Source: Leptolyngbyaceae cyanobacterium
GTDB lineage: Bacteria > Cyanobacteriota > Cyanobacteriia > Phormidesmidales > Phormidesmidaceae
DNA: 64,000 nucleotides
Assembly: GCA_050331235.1 (NCBI GenBank)
Contig: JBHJHA010000041.1
Coordinates: 24,767 to 88,766, forward strand
Reading direction: 5' to 3'
In this document: positions 1 to 9,936 of the stretch, one piece after another
Layout of the letters: each line of letters begins with the position of its first letter
Numbering within the stretch: position 1 is the first letter of the stretch
The notes under the pieces: generated by a model
Databases searched by the model: none
The model's input: the letters and a program-made list of their open reading frames with translations, nothing else
Told to the model about the DNA's origin: nothing
Position numbers and translations under genes: made by a program

Positions 1-2
1 TC

Positions 3-329
3 ACCCAGACCGTGATTTACGGGCGCGATCGTCTACCGCTACTCGCCGAGTCTGACTGGTTAGTCGGTGACTCACAACCTAACGGGACTAATGTCGCTTT
101 GGGCTCCAGCATTGGCGCAGCAGCGGTCACACTACTCGCTGGCTTTTCTGGGGTGGGGCTGGTGGGCGGAGCCGCAATGGGGGCTGCTGCTGGCTTCGCC
201 GAATCGCCCTCCTTGGTGACGGTTGAGCCGGGAGCCATCATCGAAGTTGAGGTCGTTTCCGACATTTTGCCCTTCAACGATGCTCCGGATGTCACCCGCG
301 CCTATCGCGAGCGGGATACTTTACGTTAG
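3..329 (+). CDS. 3' part of a hypothetical protein with a Gly/Ala-rich hydrophobic segment; runs in from the left edge
   Basis: Frame is open from position 3 to TAG at 327-329; GAAAVTLLAGFSGVGLVGGAAMGAAAG looks like a glycine zipper. Confidence 0.6.
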   Translation, partial: TQTVIYGRDRLPLLAESDWLVGDSQPNGTNVALGSSIGAAAVTLLAGFSGVGLVGGAAMGAAAGFAESPSLVTVEPGAIIEVEVVSDILPFNDAPDVTRAYRERDTLR

Positions 330-644
330 CGATATTTGACACAGCAAAAATACCCCCATGCTGATCACGATGGTCAGCAAAAGATTTTGGTGCCAAAACC
401 CGATCACGATCGCCGCGATCGCCCCCCACAGGCGAGGGTTTTGCCAACTCAGCCACACATCACCGTTTTCGACCACAACAGCCGGTACGATGATCGCCGT
501 CAGCACCGCTGGCGGCACATAGTTGAGGGCTTGCAATAAGCGCGCTGGCAGTTTAAGGCGACCACTCATAGCCAGCACGACAGACCGAATGGTGAAAGTC
601 ACCAACGCCATACCGCCAATGAGTATCCCTTCTTGAGCATTCAT
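321..644 (-). CDS. azlD: AzlD-family branched-chain amino acid export protein
   Basis: 107 aa and hydrophobic; [15 protein letters not shown] motif; overlaps the azlC stop by 4 nt. Confidence 0.9.
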   Translation of the reverse strand: MNAQEGILIGGMALVTFTIRSVVLAMSGRLKLPARLLQALNYVPPAVLTAIIVPAVVVENGDVWLSWQNPRLWGAIAAIVIGFWHQNLLLTIVISMGVFLLCQISLT

Positions 645-1387
645 GGGGTGCGTACCTCTTTTGATAGCTGATTTTCCAAACCGACACCAACTGTAATACC
701 GAGCACCGCTGCCACCAAGATACCGAGTTGATGCGGCAGCGATCGCGCCAGCACAGCAGTCATGCCTGCGACCACCACCGTCGCCACCATGGGCCGAGAC
801 GTTAAGTAAGGAATGGTCATGCCGATGAAGGTAGCAACCATGGCAAAGTCCAACCCCCAGTTGGCCGCGTTGGGGAGACTTTGGCCTAGGGTGAGTCCCA
901 CCCAGGTACAGAGTTGCCAGTTGCTATACATTGCCACCGCTGAACCAAGCTGAAACCAATGCTTATAAGGAGAGCGATCGCGTTGCTGATACCGCTGAAT
1001 CGCCACCATAAAGGTTTCATCCGTCAGCCAAAATCCTAAGATGGCCTTCCAGCGCTGCGACAATGGCTGTAAATGCGGCACTAAACCGATGGCGTAAAGC
1101 AAGTGACGCAGGTTGACCACAAACGTCGTCAAAACGATGATCCCCACTGGAGATCCGGCCCCCAACAGCCCCAGCGCAATGAATTGAGATGAGCCGGCCA
1201 AGACAAAAGCCGACAAGGCCATTGCCCCCGTCGCCGATAGGCCATTAGTCGACGCCAACGTACCAAAAATGATGCCAAACGGAATCGCCCCCACAATCAG
1301 GGGAATAGTTTGCCGTGCCCCCGCCCAAAACTCGCTGCGAGGAGTTGATTGAGCCGCTGGACCAGATGCGATCGCCATGTTCCTCAT
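641..1387 (-). CDS. azlC: AzlC-family branched-chain amino acid permease
   Basis: [20 protein letters not shown] and GLDFAM motifs; alternative start at 1378. Confidence 0.92.
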   Translation of the reverse strand: MRNMAIASGPAAQSTPRSEFWAGARQTIPLIVGAIPFGIIFGTLASTNGLSATGAMALSAFVLAGSSQFIALGLLGAGSPVGIIVLTTFVVNLRHLLYAIGLVPHLQPLSQRWKAILGFWLTDETFMVAIQRYQQRDRSPYKHWFQLGSAVAMYSNWQLCTWVGLTLGQSLPNAANWGLDFAMVATFIGMTIPYLTSRPMVATVVVAGMTAVLARSLPHQLGILVAAVLGITVGVGLENQLSKEVRTP

Positions 1388-1527
1388 ACTGCCTAAATTT
1401 GCCTAGGCCTATACTATCCAGGGCAAATCAAAGCCGTCTTGAACGTTTTTTCAAACCTTCGGTGAGCTGTCAGCTCCTGCAATCCCAGCCAGATGTCCCG
1501 ATCCTTCAGCGCTAGCCAAACCATTGG

Positions 1528-1965
1528 CTACGGGGCAGCCCCAGGAACGTCCTCAGACTCCGCCAGCTCCGCATTGGGCCGTAGCACCAACAACCCTAGG
1601 GCGATCGCCTCAGGGACGAGAGCCGCGATCGCCGCAAATTTCAATAACCAAGCCTCCCTAGCGGTAAATAGACCGCCAAGATAGCCCAGATGTGCCGACA
1701 AAATATCCGTCGTGTCAATGGCAATGCAGGCCCACAGTAACCCCCTTACCGTATTTTTGTGAGCTAGCGCTACCACGACGGCAAGCACCACATCTCTGAT
1801 GGCCCAAACTCGAACGACATAGGGAGCCTGCAAATTGACTGCCACTGGTATGTGCAATTGCTTTAGCAACCACATGGGGGCAAGGTAGCCCACCGCGCTC
1901 AAACTAAAGCGAATCAAACACATACCCCCAATCAACAGAGCAACGAACCAGACTTGACCTCTCAT
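1528..1965 (-). CDS. Small membrane protein, DUF4267-like
   Basis: About 4 TM segments; RVWAIRDVVL and IAIDTTD motifs; ATG at 1965 follows a GGGGGA RBS; divergent from an HxlR regulator. Confidence 0.65.
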   Translation of the reverse strand: MRGQVWFVALLIGGMCLIRFSLSAVGYLAPMWLLKQLHIPVAVNLQAPYVVRVWAIRDVVLAVVVALAHKNTVRGLLWACIAIDTTDILSAHLGYLGGLFTAREAWLLKFAAIAALVPEAIALGLLVLRPNAELAESEDVPGAAP

Positions 1966-2020
1966 CTTCTTCCCCCCTATCAACAAGTTAAGCAACGATA
2001 ACTAGACCCTAAAGGGGTCA

Positions 2021-2053
2021 GTTACTAAAGTAAAGTAGTGATTTTTTAGTAAC
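2021..2053. promoter_or_regulatory. Candidate HxlR-type operator
   Basis: Perfect 9-bp inverted repeat GTTACTAAA-N15-TTTAGTAAC in the divergent intergenic region. Confidence 0.55.
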
Positions 2054-2056
2054 TCG

Positions 2057-2422
2057 ATGCCAAGGGAGAAATTCATAAACCTAATTCATAAACCTATGGT
2101 GAACTCGGAGTGTGCCCCGTTAGAAAAGCTACTCAACCAAATCTCTGGGCAGTGGACAATGTATATTTTGTGGATTTTAGACACTCACGGCACCCTACGC
2201 TTTGGAGAATTGAGGCGCAAAGTTGATGGCATCTCGCCCAAGATGCTGACCCAGCGTTTGCGAAAGCTAGAGGCGATCGGGATCATCCATCGTCATTACG
2301 AGCCCACCATTCCGCCACAGGTTTCCTACGAGCTAACAGCCCGCGGGCAGGAACTTTCAAAACCGCTGTATGAACTGTGCGAATTAGCTTCGCGCTGGTA
2401 CGGCGAAGCAGCAGCCCCGTAA
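2057..2422 (+). CDS. HxlR-family winged-helix transcriptional regulator
   Basis: CAPLEKLL..SGQWTMYIL, LRFGELRR, ISPKMLTQRLRKLE and PPQVSYELT. Confidence 0.9.
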   Translation: MPREKFINLIHKPMVNSECAPLEKLLNQISGQWTMYILWILDTHGTLRFGELRRKVDGISPKMLTQRLRKLEAIGIIHRHYEPTIPPQVSYELTARGQELSKPLYELCELASRWYGEAAAP

Positions 2423-2507
2423 CCTGACCCATCAGCCTCCAGCTTTCCAGGTGTCCTATTCGCGCGACAGCGGCAGCCAAGCCTAGAGAACAGGTAAACG
2501 AGTTGAC

Positions 2508-3330
2508 TTAGCAGCCTTGCTGATATTGTCCTGGGGTGACGCCGACCATGCGTTTAAAGTGGCGATTGAGATGACTCTGATCAGCAAAGCCAGTCGCAGC
2601 AGCCACTTCAGACAGCGCGAGCCCTTCACTAATCAGCTGTTTGGCTTGCCGCACGCGAATCTGAATGAGGTAGCGGTGGGGGGGCAGGCCCCAAGCTTTG
2701 CGACAGAGGCGAAGCAACTGGAGTGGAGAAACGTCCACTGCACTAGCTAGGTCAGCTAATCGGATAGCATCCTGATGGTGACGCTGTAAGTAGGCCTGGG
2801 CCTGCTCGATAACCAGCGATGGGGGCTGAATTGGGAGAACGGGCGATCGCAACTCTCCGTGGCGATGAATCAATTGCGACAAAAACCACAGCAGCCGCGA
2901 TTCTCGCTCTAAGGGGGGCGCGTTTTGTTCCAAACACTGATGCAGTCGCCGAAACTGTCCAACAATGGCAGGATCAGCAATAATCGGCTCAGGGAAAAAC
3001 GGCGTCATGGCGGGGTACCCGAGTTCAGCCGCCGCTTTTTGCATCAGACTCACATCCGGATACGTCATACGATATTGCCAGCCGGCCTCCACAGCCGCTT
3101 GCCCCGTATGGACTTCGCCCGGATGGATAATAAACCAACGTATCGGCCGGTGCCTGGTAAGCGCAGCCCAGATAGTCAAACGCCTCAACGCCTGACTCAA
3201 TGATGCCGATGGCATATCCTTCATGGGTGTGACGACTAAACGCATGGTGCACATAGGTGGCCTTTAGCACCTCCATATTGGCCAGTGCCGTATCTCGCCA
3301 AAATGTGACCTGTTCTTTGCCCATATCCAC
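2508..3330 (-). pseudogene. AraC-family regulator (cupin + HTH) with one frameshift
   Basis: N-terminal FSRHTHEGYAIG is in one frame (ORF 3025-3330); IIHPGEVHTG through GFADQSHLNRHFKR is in another (ORF 2508-3254); one extra T at ~3132-3134 joins them. Confidence 0.85.
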
Positions 3331-3469
3331 CCAATGACTGCAGATGCATTTTTCTCAGGGTATCGCATTGCTAAACCAGCATTTTTGTTCAGCGATGCGT
3401 AATCCCCCGTTCCCAAAAGCAGTGAACTTGATAGGATGAAATCACTCGAATAGCGACACAAAGAGGTTT

Positions 3470-4057
3470 TTGCCCATGGTCATGGTCAGCTCCACCATGC
3501 TGGAACTGGGAACTCCAGCCCCTGACTTTACTTTGCCTGATGTGGTTTCTGGAGAGACTATTTCGCTGTCAACCTTTGCTGACAAGCCGGCGCTGGTCGT
3601 GATGTTCATTTGTCAACACTGCCCTTTCGTCAAGCATGTGCAGGATGAACTGGCCAACATCGGCCAGGACTATGTCCCTAAAGGGGTCGGGGTGCTGGCG
3701 GTGAGTGCCAACAGCGTACAAACCCATCCCCAAGATGCCCCAGAGCATTTGAAGACCATGGCCGAAACGTTGAAGTTCAACTTTCCCTATGGCTATGACG
3801 AATCTCAGGCAATGGCCAAAAGCTATACCGCAGCCTGTACCCCAGACTTTTTTGTGTTTGATGACGATCGCAAACTGGCCTATCGGGGACAGCTGGACGA
3901 CAGCCGCCCTGGCAATGACGTTGCCGTTACGGGTAAAGACTTGCGAGCTGCGATCGACGCAGTCTTAGCAGGGAGACCCTTGAGCCCAGAGCAAAAGCCT
4001 AGCATCGGCTGCAACATCAAATGGACTCCCGGGAACGAGCCTGACTATTTTGGCTAG
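3470..4057 (+). CDS. Thioredoxin/AhpC-TSA family protein
   Basis: APDFTLPD, FICQHCPFV, ACTPDFF, YRGQLDDSRP and SIGCNIKW; start may be 3476 or 3482. Confidence 0.9.
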   Translation: MPMVMVSSTMLELGTPAPDFTLPDVVSGETISLSTFADKPALVVMFICQHCPFVKHVQDELANIGQDYVPKGVGVLAVSANSVQTHPQDAPEHLKTMAETLKFNFPYGYDESQAMAKSYTAACTPDFFVFDDDRKLAYRGQLDDSRPGNDVAVTGKDLRAAIDAVLAGRPLSPEQKPSIGCNIKWTPGNEPDYFG

Positions 4058-4171
4058 GTGGCAAGCCCAAAAACGGGAAAGACGATGACTACCATTGCCC
4101 AGGTGATTGCCAAAAGCCCTTCCCCTTGAGTCTCGAGGAACTGCCGAATCTAGCAATATCAGCATGCTGCT

Positions 4172-4669
4172 ATGTCATCGCGATCGCTCCGCCGGGCTGT
4201 CCCGCGTCACCCATTAACCTTATGCGCCAGCCTAGTGGAAAATCCGATGAATTTGGGGGCGTTGTGCCGCACCGCTGAGGTTTGGCACTTACAGTCACTG
4301 GTAGTCGCTAATCAGACAGTGCTCAAATCTCGCGAACTGCGGCGAGTCGCGGTCTCCGCTGAGCAATGGCAGCCTATCGATATCTGTCCGCTACCCCGTC
4401 TACCTGAATGGATTAGACAGCAGCAGCGGCAGCAGGTGCAGGTGATTGCGTTGACGCGGCATCCCACCGCGATCGCCTTGCCCCACTTTGGATTCGCGCC
4501 ACGGGCGGCTATTCTGCTCGGTCGGGAGTTGACCGGCATTCCCCCCACGCTGATGCAGCAGTGTAACGCGACTGTCGAAATTCCCCAGTGGGGGCAGGTC
4601 GAATCGCTCAACGTCGGCACCGCCGGGGCGATCGCAGCCTACGAGTATCTACGTCAGCATGCGGTTTAG
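4172..4669 (+). CDS. SpoU/TrmH-family RNA methyltransferase (catalytic domain only)
   Basis: NPMNLGALCRTA, LLGRELTGI and VEIPQWGQVESLNV SPOUT motifs. Confidence 0.88.
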   Translation: MSSRSLRRAVPRHPLTLCASLVENPMNLGALCRTAEVWHLQSLVVANQTVLKSRELRRVAVSAEQWQPIDICPLPRLPEWIRQQQRQQVQVIALTRHPTAIALPHFGFAPRAAILLGRELTGIPPTLMQQCNATVEIPQWGQVESLNVGTAGAIAAYEYLRQHAV

Positions 4670-4761
4670 CATTCCTGCCAGCGGTCCCTTATCTTAGAAG
4701 CAGCTGTCCAGCGTTTTTCCTGGCGGTTAGTGAGTCATTCATTTAGGAGGCTGCAGTCGTT

Positions 4762-5727
4762 ATGACCGCCACAGTTTCTCTGATCAAAGCGCAGAGCTAC
4801 GCCCCCGATGCTGTAATTGCCAAATTAGAAGCGGTGCTGGCTCCCTTAGGTGGCATGGGCGCGCTCGTCAAGCCCGGCGATCGCGTGTTGCTCAAGCCCA
4901 ATTTGCTCACAGGCTCCCGACCAAAGAGTGAATGTGTGACTCGTCCCGAGATAGTTTACGCCGTAGCCACGCTAGTCAAGGGAGCGGGAGGACACCCTTT
5001 TTTAGGGGATAGCCCGGCCTTTGGGAGTGCCTACGGTGTGGCTAAGGCCAACGGTTACTTACCCTGGCTAGAGCGCGCCCAGGTGACCGTCAAAGAGCTG
5101 CATGGGCAACGCTACGCCACAACCGCCAGTGGCGAACTGGCCCATCTCCGGCTTTCTCAAGAGGCCATGAACGCCGATGTAGTAATCAATCTGCCCAAGG
5201 TCAAGTCCCACGTTCAGCTAACGCTGACCCTGGGCGTCAAAAATTTGTTTGGCTGCGTGCCTGGCAAAATGAAGGCTTGGTGGCACATGGAAGCCGGTCA
5301 AGATCGCGATCGCTTTGGCACGATGCTGGTCGAAACCGCCCGGGCGATCGCGCCCCAACTCACCATCATCGACGGCATCGTCGGCCATGGCGGCAACGGC
5401 CCAAGCAATGGCGCACCCTTTGCCCGAGGACTGTTAGGCGCATCCTCCGATGTCTTAGCCCTTGATCGAGCTCTGGTGGAGATTTTAGGGGCAGCCCCTG
5501 AGGACATTCCCACCGTGGCCCAGTCGATGCGGTTAGGTTACTGCCCTGAGCTGGCCGAGATCACCTTTCCGTTAGAACAACCAGCAGCATTGGAGATCGC
5601 CGACTGGCCATTGCCCTCGCACTTAGTCCCTATCGACTTTGGTATGCCGCGGGTGGTGCGATCAACCTTCAAGCATCTCTACATCCGCTTCATCAAAGAA
5701 CCAATGACCGCCTACGCCAACCGCTAG
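4762..5727 (+). CDS. DUF362 domain protein
   Basis: VLLKPNLL, GDSPAFG, INLPKVKSH and TLGVKNLFGCVPG. Confidence 0.85.
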   Translation: MTATVSLIKAQSYAPDAVIAKLEAVLAPLGGMGALVKPGDRVLLKPNLLTGSRPKSECVTRPEIVYAVATLVKGAGGHPFLGDSPAFGSAYGVAKANGYLPWLERAQVTVKELHGQRYATTASGELAHLRLSQEAMNADVVINLPKVKSHVQLTLTLGVKNLFGCVPGKMKAWWHMEAGQDRDRFGTMLVETARAIAPQLTIIDGIVGHGGNGPSNGAPFARGLLGASSDVLALDRALVEILGAAPEDIPTVAQSMRLGYCPELAEITFPLEQPAALEIADWPLPSHLVPIDFGMPRVVRSTFKHLYIRFIKEPMTAYANR

Positions 5728-5792
5728 TAGGGATGTGCCCTGCCGCTTCGACAAATCCCCAGCAACCCCACGACAGTTTTCGCCTACTCAAG

Positions 5793-6449
5793 CTACTGCA
5801 TTTCCTGCACGACGGCCTGCAACCGCTGATAAAAGCTCGATGACTCGGGCCGCGGCACAATTTTTTGGATCGGCTCTGGCTGGCTGAAAGGGCCTGCCGT
5901 TTGGCAGGCTGCTGAGGCAGCTTCCAGCGAATCTGAATCGCTTCCTGCTCGCAGCTCAGCTTCGGTCGACAGATTCACTGGCGGCTGGGTGTGGCTTTCC
6001 GGCTCATGGGATGTCTCTGGAGGCGAGACTGTATCTGCTGTCGAGATGGCACCCTGATTTGGACGCGGATGGGTATCGGGCAGCTCGGGCGGCGCGGCAG
6101 TTGGGGTCATCAGCTCAGAAGGTCGCCGGGTCGTCATTGAGGCATATCGGCTAATCGTCGGGTCAATGGGACCAAACACCACCCGCTCAAACTCACTATT
6201 GAAGTGCCGCACGGGATGTCCCCGCCGCTTCCATCCCGTTAAGATCTGCTCTACCGAAATCGCCTTATATCGCCCTAGGTACAGCGCCTCGATCACCGCC
6301 GCCCGAATCCAGTTGGGATCAGCCGCTAGCCGCTCTTGCCAGATTGCGACCAGCTCGCCCGCCTTAAAGCCCGCCAAGTCAAAGCAATACTCGGTCAGCA
6401 GCAGCTTGGCTTGGTCAAATTCACGATCACGGTTGTCTGGCGAAGTCAT
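5793..6449 (-). CDS. Conserved cyanobacterial hypothetical protein; N-terminal domain resembles DnaD/DnaB_2
   Basis: WIRAAVIEALYLGRYKAISVEQILTGWKRRG, then a low-complexity linker and a C-terminal FYQRLQAV. Confidence 0.75.
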   Translation of the reverse strand: MTSPDNRDREFDQAKLLLTEYCFDLAGFKAGELVAIWQERLAADPNWIRAAVIEALYLGRYKAISVEQILTGWKRRGHPVRHFNSEFERVVFGPIDPTISRYASMTTRRPSELMTPTAAPPELPDTHPRPNQGAISTADTVSPPETSHEPESHTQPPVNLSTEAELRAGSDSDSLEAASAACQTAGPFSQPEPIQKIVPRPESSSFYQRLQAVVQEMQ

Positions 6450-6713
6450 AGGTCAACTCGGCAGTAGGAGACAATCAGCGGCTGCTCAGCCTCGACAGCA
6501 AATGTTCACACAGGGGATTGAACTGGCAGAAAGCCCACTAACCCATTCATCAACAGGCTCTGCCGGTTTGTCTCAAGCTTAGCGCCCGAGCCCCAAAAGC
6601 TGCTCGGATCTTAGCGAACCGATCAGGCTTCGCAAAGTCTCTTACTTCGATCTTGGGCGGGTGCTTGGTTACCTTCGCGCTAGAGTGGACAACTCAACAT
6701 CATTCCCGAGCTT

Positions 6714-7430
6714 ATGGATAGAGCAACCTGGTTAGCCATGATGCGGCAATATCGAGCGATCGCAGTTGTCCGAGCTCCCCACCTGAGGATCGGGCAGCAG
6801 ATAGCGCAAGCAGCCGTCAACGGTGGATTTCGCTTAATCGAAGTAACCTGGACCAGCGATCGCCCAGCTCAGCTGATCAGTCAGTTGCGAGCACAGTTGC
6901 CCGCCGACTGCTGGGTTGGGGTGGGTACAGTCTTGACCGACACCGATTTGACCAGGGCGATCGCGGCGGGGAGCCAATTTTGTTTTACTCCCCACACCGA
7001 TCGAGCCTTAATTGATCGATGTCAGACCCATGGGATCCCGATCATTCCCGGTGCACTCACCCCCACCGAAATTGTTGCCGCCTGGCACTGCGGGGCCCAC
7101 AGCGTTAAAGTTTTTCCCTGTGAGGCGGTAGGGGGTCCTGCCTATATTCGCCATCTCCAGGGACCTCTAGGGCATATTCCCCTGATTCCGACCGGAGGCG
7201 TCACCCTAGAAACCGGTCCCGTATACCTTAAACAGGGGGCAATCGCCGTCGGCATCGCCAGCAGTCTCTTTCCCAGGGCCCTCGTTGAAAAGCAAGATTG
7301 GCCGGCTATACAGCGGCGATCGCAGACATTTTTACAGTGTCTGACGGATCTATCCCCACCAGTGCTCGACCATACGGATGCCGCTCAACCATCTAGCGGC
7401 AACAGCATGAGCTCTAAGTGGACTGACTAA
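6714..7430 (+). CDS. eda: KDPG/KHG aldolase
   Basis: IAVVR, IEVT, GVGTV, PGALTPTEI, VKVFP and LIPTGGV. Confidence 0.9.
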   Translation: MDRATWLAMMRQYRAIAVVRAPHLRIGQQIAQAAVNGGFRLIEVTWTSDRPAQLISQLRAQLPADCWVGVGTVLTDTDLTRAIAAGSQFCFTPHTDRALIDRCQTHGIPIIPGALTPTEIVAAWHCGAHSVKVFPCEAVGGPAYIRHLQGPLGHIPLIPTGGVTLETGPVYLKQGAIAVGIASSLFPRALVEKQDWPAIQRRSQTFLQCLTDLSPPVLDHTDAAQPSSGNSMSSKWTD

Positions 7431-8046
7431 GCCAGGTAATCGCTTCCCGAATCCAGTCTTCAGCATTATCATTTTTTGCCAATGTGCTGTTGCGACCCAC
7501 GATCTGCAAGGCTTTTACAATTTCGCCATTGGTATACCCCAAAGCCACCAGCGTCATCTCCACCTCTTCCTGAACGTTGGCCATGGGACCACTGCCGGGA
7601 GCGATCGCGAGACCTGACTGCTGTCGCCACTCAGAGAGCTTCGTTTTGAGTTCCAAAATTAACCGCTCGGCAGTTTTGCTGCCAACGCCTTTAGTGCGAG
7701 AAATCAGTCGGGTATTGCCCGAGACAACGGCCTGTATAAGTTCCTGAAAGCCGAGGGTATCAAGCAGCGCCATCGCCATCTGAGGGCCAATGCCGCTAAC
7801 GCTGACCAATTGGCGAAAGACATCGCGCTCAGAGCGGCTCGCAAAACCAAAAACGACAGGGAGCTCGTCGCGAATTTGCAGATGACAAAAGACCTGAAGC
7901 GATCCGCCCAGGGGGGGCAACTCAGTCAGAAACCGACCGGTCACCTGGAGGTCATATCCCACCTGATGCACCTCAACGGTGATGAAAACACGTTGTCCAC
8001 TCTGCTTTTGAATATCAACTAGGGTACCTTTGAGATAGCTCAACAC
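7414..8046 (-). CDS. ruvA: Holliday junction branch migration protein RuvA
   Basis: MLSYLKG, VSGIGPQMA, KGVGSKTAERLILELK and LVALGY. Confidence 0.95.
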   Translation of the reverse strand: MLSYLKGTLVDIQKQSGQRVFITVEVHQVGYDLQVTGRFLTELPPLGGSLQVFCHLQIRDELPVVFGFASRSERDVFRQLVSVSGIGPQMAMALLDTLGFQELIQAVVSGNTRLISRTKGVGSKTAERLILELKTKLSEWRQQSGLAIAPGSGPMANVQEEVEMTLVALGYTNGEIVKALQIVGRNSTLAKNDNAEDWIREAITWLSQST

Positions 8047-8304
8047 GGGATTACCTGACCACTCCAGAAAAGTCTATAAAGCGCAATCGCCTAGGAGCTG
8101 TTTCCGGTGGAGCAGTTGCTCGCTAGAGACTAAGCCCCCCCCGGAGCCTAGCCCCATTGGGTTCATCGCAGCGCCACCATGAACCGTTGAATTACGCACC
8201 GATATCGCCGCATTCCAGTTAATTCGGCATAGCGATCCAGGAGCAAAATTGAGGTGCCGAGTCCTGAGATCAAGGCATCTCCCCCGCTCTGCACGACGAG
8301 ATCG

Positions 8305-9066
8305 CTAGGCTGAGTTGCGGCGCGATCGAACCACGCGGGTCCCATCGGATGCACCTGGGACAGCATTGTTTCTTGTCTTTTTAGGCGTATCTTGACTGCG
8401 ATCGCTGGTCTCAACATCGGCTGCCGGTAAAGCCGTGCGCCCATTACGCACTACTCGCATCATGTCAGAAAGCTGTTGCTCAAGGCCCTGCAGTACCTCT
8501 GCAGCATAAGCATCGGCATCCTGCCGCATGGCGAGGCAGTCATCTTCGGTCTGTTGCCGAGTTTCATGCCAATACTGGTCAGTCGCGGTTTGCCATTGCT
8601 CAATCTCGGCCCGCGTCTGTGACCGTAAAGCGTCACAATCTTGTTCCAACTGTTGCTTAATTTGTCGAGCTTGGGTTTCGGCCTGCTGCACGATTCCCAA
8701 ATCATCTAACCGCCTGACCGCTTCCTGCTCCGCCGCTTCTAGCATGTCCCTGGCATATTGCTGGGCATCGGCCAAAATGCGCTCGCGCTGCTGCACAATT
8801 TGCATCGCTTCTTGAAAAATGTTGGGCAGATTGAGACGAATGCGATCAAGCTGCTCCAACAGCTGATCTTCATCAATCAGCGTCCGACCTGAAAACGGCA
8901 CCCGGGGACTTTCTAAAATCAGCTCCTCCAGCACGTTGAGCGACTGTTGAATATCCAACCGCTTAACAGTATCGCTGCTGCCGGCTGACTGTTCGGCATC
9001 AGCGGCAGCGCGATCAGTCGCATTATGATTGGAACCGTTGTTGGAGTTTATGTCTTGGCGTAGCAT
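8305..9066 (-). CDS. cdv3: Cdv3/DivIVA-like coiled-coil cell division protein
   Basis: [21 protein letters not shown] followed by a long coiled coil; ADAYA..L..LE..L...VRNGR; overlaps coaD as in other cyanobacteria. Confidence 0.75.
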   Translation of the reverse strand: MLRQDINSNNGSNHNATDRAAADAEQSAGSSDTVKRLDIQQSLNVLEELILESPRVPFSGRTLIDEDQLLEQLDRIRLNLPNIFQEAMQIVQQRERILADAQQYARDMLEAAEQEAVRRLDDLGIVQQAETQARQIKQQLEQDCDALRSQTRAEIEQWQTATDQYWHETRQQTEDDCLAMRQDADAYAAEVLQGLEQQLSDMMRVVRNGRTALPAADVETSDRSQDTPKKTRNNAVPGASDGTRVVRSRRNSA

Positions 9067-9527
9067 CGGTATATGTCCCGGGCGACGTGTGGAGGCACCA
9101 AATGGTCGACTGCTCCTCCGTATTGAGCAATTTCTTTTACTAGACTACTGCTTAAAAAGCCATATTCTGTCGAAGTTGCTAAAAACACGGTTTCGAGGTC
9201 TTCTGCCAAAGTTTTATTGGTGTGGGCCATCTGCAGTTCTTTTTCAAAGTCAGAAAGCACCCGCAATCCCCTCAGCAAAACCTGGGCCTGCTTCATTCTG
9301 GCATAGGTTACTGTCAGACCATCAAAACTATCGATCTCAACATTGGATAAATGACTAACGGCTTCGCTAATTTGAGCTAGCCGCTCAGCCGCGGTGAATA
9401 GGGGACGCTTATTGGGATTGGCCGCCACCACGACTATCACTTTTTCGAATAGGCGACTGCCGCGGCTAATGATGTCGAGGTGACCATAAGTGATCGGGTC
9501 AAAACTGCCGGGATAAATTGCAATCAC
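9048..9527 (-). CDS. coaD: Pantetheine-phosphate adenylyltransferase
   Basis: [20 protein letters not shown] and SSSLVKE. Confidence 0.97.
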   Translation of the reverse strand: MIAIYPGSFDPITYGHLDIISRGSRLFEKVIVVVAANPNKRPLFTAAERLAQISEAVSHLSNVEIDSFDGLTVTYARMKQAQVLLRGLRVLSDFEKELQMAHTNKTLAEDLETVFLATSTEYGFLSSSLVKEIAQYGGAVDHLVPPHVARDIYRCYAKT

Positions 9528-9936
9528 GTCACTACCTTTTGCGAAAATTAGCGCCTGGCGCCAACTACCACATCATAATTTGTCTCTACCCGCAGGCGAC
9601 CCGCGCGGTATGGGTCAAGATGCCGAAGTCCTCAAACCTGAGTTCGACAACCCTCTTAAAGTTCAGTAATGTGCGAAAGTTTGCATGCAGCCCCGCCCCA
9701 AGATCGGGGTTCAAAGCCTTGCTCTAACGGCGTGTTCTAACCAGGAAAGAGGCCAAGAGAGAACAGAAGCAGTCCGTCGAACCGACACAAGCGATTGGGG
9801 GGCGATCGCCGCTGCTGATCGCCCTGCTCCCTATCGTGAATGGGATCTAAAGTCACGGATACGCCATCTGCCCTCAGGCTCTATCCATAGTTTTGATAAC
9901 ATGCTGCTAGTTATTTGGTTGGGGCATTGAGTGCCA

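Noticed and set aside
6166..6582. 138-aa + strand ORF
   Set aside because: Antisense shadow of 5793-6449 with no motifs
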